A stretch of 62,807 nt of DNA, counting the filler. It is 3 parts of 3 records of this genome, joined end to end, with 100 filler letters (N's around TTAATTAATTAA, not from the genome) between each part and the next. Parts side by side here need not be neighbours in the genome. Positions count along the whole stretch, not along the records: positions 12,596 to 32,385 come from SRR31156797_9292; positions 32,486 to 62,807 come from SRR31156797_9308; 1 more part is not named here. One strand, given 5' to 3'. The first letter of the stretch is position 1. Every line of letters starts with the position of its first letter. The position numbers were made by a program, and so were the translations under genes. Shown here piece after piece: positions 29,888-39,524 of the stretch. The notes below the pieces were generated by a model. The model was not told where the DNA came from. It saw only the letters and a list, made by a program, of their open reading frames with translations, and ran no database searches.

Positions 29888-30421
29888 TTTCCCATCTCCC
29901 TGGAATTTGATGATAAAGTATAATCTGCTATGAATTTTTAATACACAAAGAAGATATATACCCCATATATATGGCATATTTATTAGTATATAAATTCTCC
30001 GAATAAACCTGACAGTATACAATTATGAAGCATGTGCAGCATCTTCTTATATTATATATTATTTTAAATAAATCAATATCAACAAGGGTAAACGATACTT
30101 TTATAACAAATACGTGTCACTATAATTACAATTCTTCTATCCAGAGGATATGGAGATATTTAGGTAAAGTGACGCGATCATTGAAAATCAATATTGTAAG
30201 CAACTATCCTGAATGGTTTTTGCCAAAAGGGGAGATTGCTTAAAAATGCGTATTCATGCCCGCAAACACATAAAAGTGCTTGATTGAGAAATGTCCTTAG
30301 GTGGCTTCAGTAATACGGAATACTGATATCTGCAACATATTCTGCAGAACCGCTGCGATCTTTCACAAGACATCGACCTGGAAGCATTTGTACTCATAGG
30401 CAGGATTACGGAGAAGATCAA

Positions 30422-31441
30422 ATGAACGAAGTAGTGTTTGGAGTAAAAGACGACAAGCAACTGGAATACACTCCTGAGAAGTGTATCGGTTGTGGAACGT
30501 GCGTAATGGCATGTCCTAAAGGTTCATTAGTTATCGGTTCAGTGGGAGCCGTGACAAGAGGACTCATAGACAAAGATTTCCTTGAGAACCAGACAGAACT
30601 CTGCATTGTATGCGGAATCTGTGCAAAGACATGTCCAACAGGTGCACTCGAAATGAAACAGGCCGGAGAGTCTGTAAACGATAACAGTTACATAAGCTCT
30701 GCACTTAAAGATACAACTGTCAATGACAACTGTGTCCACTGTGGACTTTGCGAACAGATATGTCCGCAGGGATGCATTGAAGTAAAACAGTGGCTCGCAA
30801 ATGACGGAAGTGCAAGTGTAGACGGTGAGACAAAGATCGACAACGATTGCTGTGTCCACTGTGGATGGTGTCAGACCGTCTGTCCTGCTGAAGCTATCAG
30901 CGTTGAGAAGCCGTTTGAAGGCACATGGGTCCAGGATGAGGACAAATGTACTGCATGTCGCAGCTGTGTGGATGTATGTCCATGTAATGCATTGTTCAAC
31001 CCTGACTGGGAAAAAGGAGAGATAGTCAACAAGGTAGAGCAGCGTGCTGATGTATGTATCTACTGTGGTGCATGTGACATGGCATGTCCTGTGGAAGCTA
31101 TTGATGTTACAAAGACAGCTATCATCGCTGAAGTTGAGAAGAAGGCTCTCCTTGAGAAGAAACTGCTTAATGCAGAGATGAAGAGACCAACACTCACGTC
31201 AACACTTGTCATCGATGAAGATGCATGTCTTGGATGTGGAAACTGTGTCATCGTCTGTCCTGTGAATGCAACCGATGATGAGGTTGGAGCAGGATATCTG
31301 AACGAAGTCGATTCCAAGAAGGTCCTTGAAGTAAGGAATGGTGTGGCACAGGTCGTTGACCAGGATCTCTGCGGTTCTGATGGTGCATGTGCAATGATCT
31401 GTCCGGTAGGCGCGATCACACTTGAGACAAGGGAGTTATGA
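30422..31441 (+). CDS. fmdF: Polyferredoxin subunit F of formylmethanofuran dehydrogenase
   Basis: Eight ferredoxin-type CxxCxxCxxxCP motifs (the last one variant); directly upstream of subunit A. Confidence 0.85.
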   Translation: MNEVVFGVKDDKQLEYTPEKCIGCGTCVMACPKGSLVIGSVGAVTRGLIDKDFLENQTELCIVCGICAKTCPTGALEMKQAGESVNDNSYISSALKDTTVNDNCVHCGLCEQICPQGCIEVKQWLANDGSASVDGETKIDNDCCVHCGWCQTVCPAEAISVEKPFEGTWVQDEDKCTACRSCVDVCPCNALFNPDWEKGEIVNKVEQRADVCIYCGACDMACPVEAIDVTKTAIIAEVEKKALLEKKLLNAEMKRPTLTSTLVIDEDACLGCGNCVIVCPVNATDDEVGAGYLNEVDSKKVLEVRNGVAQVVDQDLCGSDGACAMICPVGAITLETREL

Positions 31442-31443
31442 AA

Positions 31444-32385
31444 ATGGCAGGAACTATTGCAATCAAGAACGGTTATGTTTACGATCCACTCAACGACATT
31501 AATGGCGAAATGATGGACATTTTCATCCAGGACGGAAAGGTCGTCACAGAACTTTCCGGTACAGGCATGAAAGATGTCAAGGAGATCGATGCAAAGGGCA
31601 AGACAGTTATGCCCGGTGGTGTTGACTCACACTCCCACGTAGCAGGAGCAAAGGTCAACGTCGGTAGGATGATGAGGCCAGAGGACCACTACAAACACTA
31701 CCAGAAGAGAACTCCTCTTACACACTCCGGCTGTGGATACAGTGTACCTTCAGTATACCTTGGAGGATACGAGTACTCAAAGATGGGATACACAACCGTC
31801 TTCGAGGCAGCTGTCCCACCAATGGAAGCACGCCACACACACGAGGAAATGCGCTCAACCCCTATGCTTGACATGGGTGGATATCTTGTCCTCGGTAACA
31901 ACTGGTTCCTCATGAGATATCTCAAGGAAGGAGATGTCGACAAGGCAGCAGCATATATCTCATGGATGATGAGGACACACAAGACCTATGGTATAAAGTG
32001 TGTCAACCCAGGTGGAGTAGAGAACTGGGGATGGGGAGAGAACGTCGGAGCTCTTGACCAGGCAAACATTCACTTCGAGATCACACCAGAAGAGATGATC
32101 AAGAATCTTACCGAACTGAACGAAAAGCTCGGAATTCCAATGCCTGTGCACCTGCACGCAAACAACCTTGGCCACCCAGGATGCTGGGAGATTACAAGGG
32201 ACTCACTCAAGATACCAAAGAATGTCAAAGCTAAGCCAAACACAGACGTTGAGTGGGCAGAGACAAAGAAGAACGCAAAGAGGCACGAATCAGTTTACCT
32301 TACTCACTGCCAGTTCAACGCTTTCGGCGGTACATCCTGGAGAGACTTCGAGTCCGGTGTAAAAGGAATCACCGACTACGTCAAC
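31444..32385 (+). CDS. fmdA: Formylmethanofuran dehydrogenase subunit A (3' truncated)
   Basis: Amidohydrolase PGGVDSHSH, GR.MRPEDH, K.VNPGG and HLHANNLG motifs. Mo (fmd) versus W (fwd) form cannot be fixed from this fragment. Confidence 0.92.
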
Positions 32386-32485
32386 NNNNNNNNNNNNNNN
32401 NNNNNNNNNNNNNNNNNNNNNNNNNNNNNTTAATTAATTAANNNNNNNNNNNNNNNNNNNNNNNNNNNNNNNNNNNNNNNNNNNN
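32386..32485. other. Artificial contig-joining spacer
   Basis: Same 44 N + TTAATTAATTAA + 44 N layout as the first spacer. Confidence 0.98.
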
Positions 32486-32570
32486 TCACTCTGAGGCAGG
32501 TTTATCTGCCGTGAGAGTCTCAGCTAATATCCGAGATGCTCACGTCGCACTATGTGCTCCTCAGCATGAC
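32486..32570. repeat. Palindromic, cruciform REP-like element at the contig start
   Basis: Outer stem TCACTCTGAGG/CCTCAGCATGA, inner stem GTGAGAGTCTC/GAGATGCTCAC, side hairpins GGCAG..CTGCC and GCAC..GTGC. Confidence 0.65.
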
Positions 32571-32586
32571 AAAAAGAATATAATGA

Positions 32587-32660
32587 GGGCGGTTAGCTCA
32601 GTTGGATAGAGCACAGGCCTCCGAAGCCTGGTGTCATGGGTTCGATTCCCGTACCGCCCG
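32587..32660 (+). tRNA. tRNA-Arg(CCG), CCA not encoded
   Basis: Acceptor GGGCGGT/ACCGCCC, D arm AGCTCAGTTGGATAGAGC, anticodon arm CAGGC-CTCCGAA-GCCTG, T loop GGTTCGATTCC. Confidence 0.95.
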
Positions 32661-32670
32661 TTTTAGTGTA

Positions 32671-33828
32671 TTAAATCTCAAGTAATTTGTTGAATATTTC
32701 TCTTCTTGCTGAATTAGATTTATTTGTAAAGTTGACTTCATCATACCATCTAATAACTCTTTCCTTTTGCTCACCATTTATTATTTTACCTTTAAATACA
32801 AAATACCCAATTAAATAGTTGACATAGTCTATTCTATCTGGAGCTTTCAGGTTATTTTCATTTATAAACTCTAATACATAATCCAAAACATCTAATGTCA
32901 TAGCAAAACACTTTGTAAGATCGTCAGGTTTCAGATTACAAAGTTGACTCTCTTTAGAGTCTGAAGACATCGGAGCATAGTTACTGGAATGTAACCTTCC
33001 TGTAATAACTTCATAAGCAGGGTTTAGTGCTGAAATGGGATATGAAACTGTAGTCTTCTCGGGAATAAAAAAATTATAACCTGACTCAATCAAAGTATTG
33101 TTAAAAATACTTGTATACTGCTTATAGATATCAATACCGTGTGCTTTTAGCTTTGAAAATCTCATTTGAATAATACTAACTCTACTACCAGCATTATTTA
33201 ATACTTCAAACCATTCAATTTGTTCATCTTCAGATAAGTCCTCAGCTGAATTAATTGTATAGTTGTAGTTTTTCATTTTGCTTCGTATTTGAAAAAGTAG
33301 AGTCATAACATCGTGATTTTGTAAACTTTTAATTTTTTTTGTATAATCACTAAGAACAGTATCATCTTTATTAAGTAAAATCCCTACTGGAATTTGGTTA
33401 TTTTTAATAGACATTTCGGATTTCACAAAACATCCTCTCGTCAAATCCAGCACAACATTTCTATAATCAGAATGGTTTATATAAGCTTTATAGTTAGTCG
33501 TTACCCGCTGCTGACCATCAACAATAGACTGCTGCCCTCGCTCAATGTTATCAATAATTTCTCTCTCAATAAATGAAACCTGAGGAACTTTCTTTTCGAC
33601 TTCATTTATAACATTAACAGATATTGGGGATACTGGGGCTTTTCCTAAAAGTTGATAATCAAATAAATCAATGCACTTCTGCAAAGTCCAACTCAAATCT
33701 CTTTGGTATAATGGTAATGACATCGCATTAAACTCGATCTTGTTACACATTTCAAAAACAGAAATTTGACGAGTATTCTTTGTAGGATTAAAGCTAGCAG
33801 CTTGAACTAAATCTTTTTTTATTCTCAT
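32671..33828 (-). CDS. Stand-alone DUF262 (ParB/GmrS-like NTPase fold) protein, candidate defence gene
   Basis: LPLYQRDLSW, IVDGQQRVTT and FEVLNNAG motifs; visibly AT-richer than the contig's housekeeping genes. Confidence 0.85.
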   Translation of the reverse strand: MRIKKDLVQAASFNPTKNTRQISVFEMCNKIEFNAMSLPLYQRDLSWTLQKCIDLFDYQLLGKAPVSPISVNVINEVEKKVPQVSFIEREIIDNIERGQQSIVDGQQRVTTNYKAYINHSDYRNVVLDLTRGCFVKSEMSIKNNQIPVGILLNKDDTVLSDYTKKIKSLQNHDVMTLLFQIRSKMKNYNYTINSAEDLSEDEQIEWFEVLNNAGSRVSIIQMRFSKLKAHGIDIYKQYTSIFNNTLIESGYNFFIPEKTTVSYPISALNPAYEVITGRLHSSNYAPMSSDSKESQLCNLKPDDLTKCFAMTLDVLDYVLEFINENNLKAPDRIDYVNYLIGYFVFKGKIINGEQKERVIRWYDEVNFTNKSNSARREIFNKLLEI

Positions 33829-34031
33829 ATTGCCCTCATATTTTAGCAGCAGCTATAAACAGCAGCTAAGTATTATTTATCTAAAAAATATCATTTTTTG
33901 TACTTTTGTCAATAGCTGCTTAATAATAAAATCCATTAAGTCTAATTTATATTGTTAAAAAACATTTGACACTCCCTATAAATATGTTTGTAAAACATTA
34001 AAAATATAGTAATGTCAAAATAGAGATAACA

Positions 34032-34283
34032 ATGAAAAAATTAATACTAATCACACTGATAACAATATTTGCGACAACTGCTTTTGCAGGGCTTCTGACA
34101 AGTATAGGCGGGTTTAATGCGAAGGAGATCAAGCCGGATGCATTTTACACTGTGGACGTGGTAGGTCAGAATGTACGTGTTTACGAATGGACAACTCAGA
34201 CTGAGCCAAAAATGAAGTGTGTTGCGATGTTCACAGAATCAGCGAACAAATCGCCTCAGATGCAGTGTACGCCAATAAAATAG
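34032..34283 (+). CDS. Small secreted hypothetical protein (two Cys)
   Basis: 83 aa with Sec signal MKKLILITLITIFATTAFA; VRVYEW core; probable disulfide. Confidence 0.75.
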   Translation: MKKLILITLITIFATTAFAGLLTSIGGFNAKEIKPDAFYTVDVVGQNVRVYEWTTQTEPKMKCVAMFTESANKSPQMQCTPIK

Positions 34284-34286
34284 AGT

Positions 34287-34314
34287 AAAAAAAAGCCGCC
34301 CGTTTAAAGGCGGC
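34287..34314 (-). terminator. Intrinsic terminator between convergent genes
   Basis: GCCGCC-N8-GGCGGC with an A8 tract on the left, giving a U-tract on the minus strand. Confidence 0.7.
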
Positions 34315-34328
34315 ATTGGCTATCAGGC

Positions 34329-34694
34329 TTATACAACCTGTTTAATTTTACTCTCTATATCTTTCATACTTTTAAAAGGTTTCAAAAGATAGTGATCTGC
34401 GCCTATTTTGTGGCTTTTAAGCACCCTGTCGAGTGTTGAAAAAGCTGTCATCATAATGACTTTTACATCTTTATTCTTCTCTTTAAGCTTGTCTAAAACC
34501 TCTAAGCCGTCCATCTCCGGCATCATAATGTCTAACAGAACAACATCATAGTTACTTCCATTGTAAGTTCTTACAGCATCAAGAGGATTATGGAAAGTTT
34601 TAACCATTTTAAAATCAGATTTTTTTAGTGCGGTTTCAACCATTTTTAATATCTCTCTCTCATCGTCAACAACCATTACTTTTACATCACTCAT
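34329..34694 (-). CDS. Single-domain response regulator
   Basis: VMVVDDE, LLDIMMP, MTA and KPF motifs. Confidence 0.92.
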   Translation of the reverse strand: MSDVKVMVVDDEREILKMVETALKKSDFKMVKTFHNPLDAVRTYNGSNYDVVLLDIMMPEMDGLEVLDKLKEKNKDVKVIMMTAFSTLDRVLKSHKIGADHYLLKPFKSMKDIESKIKQVV

Positions 34695-34706
34695 AATATT
34701 CACCCG

Positions 34707-36020
34707 TTACTTTTTCTTATCGAAAAGAGTTTCAATAGCAGCATGCATCATCGTGCCTGATTTCTCTTCTATCATATGGTCAAGGGAAGCGAAAACCTCC
34801 TGGCTCCCCTCCTCAATCTTTTCTATCCTGCCGCTGATCTCATCAAACGTACAGTCCTGAAAGCTTTCGATACACCTTGTATATAATGTATTTGCCTCAT
34901 CATGCACTGTCCTGTGCGGCGAAAGAAGGTCCTTATAGCCTGATGTATCACTAAATGTCTCTTTACCTTTACCGTCATTATACCAATTACCAAGCCTGCA
35001 ATCGTTATGGGAAACACAGTTAAAAGAGTTCGTACCTTCAAGCACACTGTTGTAAAGGTTATTTTTATAGATAATGTGATCGACTTTCGCAAGGTTGGCA
35101 AAAATCTGATTACTCATATGCATAGTTTCATACATGACCCTGTTAGCATTTTTATTAAACGTCTGAACCATATCATAAAGCTCATCCGTATTCTCGGAAA
35201 CAGCTCCCATATTTGTATGAACATTAGATGTATTTTTAAGAAGATCGCTGATGTCTTTGTGCATACCGTCAACAACCTCTGCAATCTCAGATGTAGCAGA
35301 CTGCGTACGCTCAGCGAGTTTTCTAACCTCATCAGCAACAACAGCAAAACCCCTTCCAGCCTCACCTGCTCTCGCCGCTTCGATAGATGCGTTAAGCGCA
35401 AGGAGGTTAGTCTGGTCTGCAATGTCTTTAATCAGGTTTGTCACCTGAGAAATCTCTTTACTCCGCTCGGAAAGAGCTGTGCTGGTTTCGGTTGATTCTG
35501 TTATGAACTTCGATAGATTCTCAACCTCTCCGCTAAGGGTTTGTACATTATCCATACCCTTATCAGAAAGCCCCGAAGTCTCTTTCGACTCTTCGATCAT
35601 ACTTTCCATTTCACCAAGCATTTTGATGAAAAAATCCTGAGTCATCTTAAAAGAACTGCTCACAGTTCCCTGATGTATCTCGGCAAAAAGCGAATGAATC
35701 TTAGACTGGAGTCCGTCGGTGCTTATCGCATATGCCGTGTCACCATTCTCAAAGACCTTACTCTTAACTTTCATTGAGCCGTGTGTTGTTTCTATCTCTT
35801 CATCACCGGAATGAAGGCTAGAAACTATGTCATTAATATTTGCATACTGTTCAGCATTGCTGTTCATGAAAACAACCTGCCCATTTCTAATGACTATAAG
35901 AAGCTCATGGTGAGCTAGAGCAGAAAGCTCTTTATAGTATGCCAGCTCCATTTTTAGTTCTGAAATCTCCTGATCCCGAATGTCAATTTGAGGCTGACTG
36001 TTATCTTTTTTGAAAAACAT
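34707..36020 (-). CDS. Soluble methyl-accepting chemoreceptor with C-terminal CZB domain
   Basis: [34 protein letters not shown] signalling tip; CZB motifs [14 protein letters not shown] and H..VH; no TM segments. Confidence 0.9.
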   Translation of the reverse strand: MFFKKDNSQPQIDIRDQEISELKMELAYYKELSALAHHELLIVIRNGQVVFMNSNAEQYANINDIVSSLHSGDEEIETTHGSMKVKSKVFENGDTAYAISTDGLQSKIHSLFAEIHQGTVSSSFKMTQDFFIKMLGEMESMIEESKETSGLSDKGMDNVQTLSGEVENLSKFITESTETSTALSERSKEISQVTNLIKDIADQTNLLALNASIEAARAGEAGRGFAVVADEVRKLAERTQSATSEIAEVVDGMHKDISDLLKNTSNVHTNMGAVSENTDELYDMVQTFNKNANRVMYETMHMSNQIFANLAKVDHIIYKNNLYNSVLEGTNSFNCVSHNDCRLGNWYNDGKGKETFSDTSGYKDLLSPHRTVHDEANTLYTRCIESFQDCTFDEISGRIEKIEEGSQEVFASLDHMIEEKSGTMMHAAIETLFDKKK

Positions 36021-36031
36021 TTACTCCTCCG

Positions 36032-37933
36032 TTAAAGCAAAATCTCGAACACTGCTCCATTTGCAGAATTATAAGGCTTTATTGTGCCGCCATGTTTGTC
36101 TATTATATTTTTCGCAATATTAAGCCCAAGTCCCATACCTTTATGTTTTTTTGAGCTTGAAAAAAGCTTGAATAATTTATTTTGAATCTTTGGGTCTATC
36201 CCGCCGCCATTATCTTCAATAGTGATTAAGTGATGACCATCAACTTTATCAATAACTATATTAATATACTTTTGCTCAAATGTTAAGCCTGACTGTGAAA
36301 GTTGATCCAAACTATTATTCAGCAAAATTATCCAAACCTGCTCCAGAAGCCTAGGAGAAACTTCTGCGAAGAATTCAACCTCATCCACATCTGAATTGAG
36401 CATAAGCTGTTTACCGTTAATATATATAGGTGAAATGTGCTTCGCCCTGTTATGAACCATCCGCCCGGCAACAACAAGAGTTGAGTATAAATTATACTTT
36501 TCTCTGGAAAAGGTCGCTTCGCCAGTCACCTCTTTCATAGACTCTATAATGAGTGAGATTCTTGATATTCCATCATTAATAGAAGTGAAATATCCTTCCA
36601 TCTCCTTCGCAGTTTCTGCTTCGAGGTTATCTTCCAGCTCCCACTGCATTAGCTCAAAATTACCTTTTATATAAGTTAGAGGTGTGTTTATCTCGTGAGT
36701 TATTCCCGCTGCCAGCTTTCCGATTGAGACCAGCATAGCGCTATTAAGCTCTTCATTTCTGAGGGTTTCAAGCTCTGTAATATCGTGAAGCCTGACAACA
36801 GTAATATTCTCAAGCCCGAGGTATTCCTGATTAACTTCAAAACGGTTAAGTATAAAGAAATACTCTTTACCAGAATCATTTATAGACACCATTATCCTCA
36901 GACAATCAAGTCCGTCAATGACATCAAAAAATTCTTTAGCTGAATTTGTCTGAAATATATTATCTCCACATCTGATATCTATCCCGGAATTAAATATACA
37001 CCCCTTAGTACACATCATCTCCAGAGAGTTCATATCCTCTGAGTTGAGTCCGAAAAACTCAGAAAAAGCGCTGTTATACATCCTGAGATACTTGCTGCTG
37101 TCATATGCGAAAACAATTGAAATATCAGATTCGAATGTCGCCTTAAGGTGTGACTGATGCTTAGAGACCAGAAATCTCATATCTTTTTCAATAGAGATAT
37201 AGCCGTCGATCCTATCCCCATTTTTTACAGGAAGAAGATTAACCTCTGTGATGTACTCTCTGCCATTTTTATCTATATTTGTCATATAGCCGTTCCATAC
37301 AGTGTCATCACTACTAAATTTGTTCTCGTAATATTTTACCGCATAAACACCTGCATCTTTGTGTAAAATACTGTAATGCTTACCTATCAGCTCTTCTGAG
37401 GTGTAATTGCTAATTTCACAAAACTGCTCATTAACATATATAAAGCAGCCGGAATCGTCGAGGATGGAAAGAATCGTAGAAGCATCAACGCCAAGCCTAT
37501 AGGCACTCAGCAAGTTTTGATACCTGCTTATCTCTTTCGCATTAGTTATATCGCTTATAAGGTTCTTTATTACTTTTTTTATTTTATCTTTTGAAACAGG
37601 CTTTTCGAGAAACCTGTCTACACCAAGGTTAATCGCCCTGATAAGCACATCAGATTCAGCATAGATTGTCATCAGCACAAACTTTGTCTGTGGTGCATCA
37701 GCTTTCACCCGCTCAAAAACATCAAGCCCGCTTATGCCCGGTAAATTGTAATCAGAGAGAATAAGATCGTGGTGCTTCTCATTAAAAAGCTGTATGGCAT
37801 CTTCACCAGATTCAGCCTCATCAGCTTCCAACCCGAATAATTTCAATAGATGTGTCAACATCTTAAGTGTAAGTCTATCATCTTCTATAATGAGAATATT
37901 GACAGAACTTCTGCTACCTTCTAGTATAGACAT
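36032..37933 (-). CDS. Hybrid REC-PAS-histidine kinase
   Basis: N-terminal receiver (ILIIEDD, LSDYNLP), PAS, H-box GITHEINTPL, DNGGG and GMGLGL. Confidence 0.9.
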   Translation of the reverse strand: MSILEGSRSSVNILIIEDDRLTLKMLTHLLKLFGLEADEAESGEDAIQLFNEKHHDLILSDYNLPGISGLDVFERVKADAPQTKFVLMTIYAESDVLIRAINLGVDRFLEKPVSKDKIKKVIKNLISDITNAKEISRYQNLLSAYRLGVDASTILSILDDSGCFIYVNEQFCEISNYTSEELIGKHYSILHKDAGVYAVKYYENKFSSDDTVWNGYMTNIDKNGREYITEVNLLPVKNGDRIDGYISIEKDMRFLVSKHQSHLKATFESDISIVFAYDSSKYLRMYNSAFSEFFGLNSEDMNSLEMMCTKGCIFNSGIDIRCGDNIFQTNSAKEFFDVIDGLDCLRIMVSINDSGKEYFFILNRFEVNQEYLGLENITVVRLHDITELETLRNEELNSAMLVSIGKLAAGITHEINTPLTYIKGNFELMQWELEDNLEAETAKEMEGYFTSINDGISRISLIIESMKEVTGEATFSREKYNLYSTLVVAGRMVHNRAKHISPIYINGKQLMLNSDVDEVEFFAEVSPRLLEQVWIILLNNSLDQLSQSGLTFEQKYINIVIDKVDGHHLITIEDNGGGIDPKIQNKLFKLFSSSKKHKGMGLGLNIAKNIIDKHGGTIKPYNSANGAVFEILL

Positions 37934-38048
37934 TGAGTAATACTACTCCGCATAGTTGTTTAATAAGTAATTCACATTAACATTAACATAACAGATTAAC
38001 GAACACCAACGGTTATGTATTGCTGAAACACTTTTTATTGAGGTTTTA

Positions 38049-39524
38049 ATGAAGGCGTTAACCAATAAGAGAAACCTGTTTATTATTGTCAGTCTCCTGC
38101 TTATAGTCGGCTTTTCATTTACGAACCTTATCAGCTATCAGGCCGCTAAAAAAACCGTTAGAAACAATATTATTAATACTTCCCTGCCGCTCACCAGAGA
38201 TAACATTTACTCTGAAATTCAGAGAGATATCATGGTTCCTGTCCATGTTGCATCGCTCATGGCTAATGACACCTTCCTCAAAGACTGGATTTTAAAGGGT
38301 GAAAATAACCACTTAATTATACAGAAGTACCTTAAAGAGATTAAAGAGAAATATCACCTGTTCACATCTTTCTATATCTCTGAAAACAGTAAAAACTACT
38401 ACTATCACGGCGGGATACTCAAACAAATTTCAGACAGTGATAAGCACGACAGATGGTATAAGGAATTTATAGATAAAAATGTCCCTTACGAGCTTGTCGT
38501 AGATAAGAATCAAGCTGCTGGTGAGGCACTCACGATCTTCATTAACCACAGGGTTTAGGACTACAACAACAAACTCATAGGTGTTACCGGAGTCGGGCTT
38601 GATCTTGAGAGAATTACTAACCTGCTTTCAGCTTACAGGGTAAAATATGAACGTGACATCTATTTAACAGATAAGTACGGTCTTATCAAAGCTCACCACA
38701 ACAAAGACCTAGTGGACATAGCAAACATCAGGCTCATCGAAGGTATCTCTGAGCAGGCGGACTCGATACTTGCAATTGACCAAGCTTCGAGCAATTACGA
38801 ATACGATAAAGATGGAACACATATCCTTCTCACAAAGAGATTTATACCTGAGATAAACTGGTTTTTACTCGTTGAGCAAAATCAGAACAAAGCTATTGAG
38901 GGGATTTGGTTTAACTTTATCAAAAGCACCCTCCTGGGGCTCCTTGTCTCAGCCGTAGTTGTTATGATTGTGATAGCTTCGATAAACTACTACAACAGGA
39001 TACTTGAAAAACTCGCTATAACTGATGAACTTACCGGAAGCTATAACAGGCGAGAGTTCAGCAGGATATACGATAAAGCTGTCTCGTGGAGCAAGAAAAC
39101 AGGCAATGTCTTCTCTGTAATGCTGATAGATATAGATAAATTTAAACAGATTAATGACTCATTCGGACACAATACCGGTGATATGGTGATCAAAGCTGTG
39201 ACCAGAATCTGCAATAACAGCGTAAGAGATAATGACCTCATCGCAAGATGGGGCGGAGACGAATTCATAATGCTTATCTACGGCGAAATCGATACTGCAC
39301 AGGTAATAGCCGAGCGTATCAGCCAGTCGATGAAAGATGACGAAGAACTTAAGAAAACTCTCAGTAAAGATAAAAATGTAACCTTAAGTATAGGCATAGC
39401 CGAATATAACCCGGCTGATACTGAAGAAACACTCACCATAAGAGCCGACAGAGCCTTATACTACGCAAAAGAATCAGGGCGTGACAGGATCATTACCGAA
39501 CAAGCTCTGGCTCCGACAGCTTAA
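38049..39524 (+). pseudogene. Cache-sensor diguanylate cyclase interrupted by one in-frame TAG (38556-38558)
   Basis: ORFs 38049-38558 and 38712-39524 share a frame. The gap translates openly as FINHRV*DYNNKLIGVTGVGL. C-terminal RWGGDEF is intact. Confidence 0.8.

Noticed and set aside
12596..32385. Pyrrolysine read-through in the Methanosarcinaceae contig
   Set aside because: The TAG stops I checked (thiDN, trmY) fall at the expected protein ends. No split gene or pyl gene was seen.
12496..32485. Archaeal block as a horizontal transfer into a bacterium
   Set aside because: It is bounded by artificial spacers and contains core archaeal ribosomal and RNA polymerase genes.
33965..34020. Imperfect inverted repeat TTTGACA...TGTCAAA as MITE ends
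   Set aside because: Short, with no target duplication; equally explained by -35 boxes of divergent promoters.
37975..38010. ATTAAC-like short repeats in the kinase / DGC intergenic region
   Set aside because: Irregular spacing in low-complexity AT-rich DNA.
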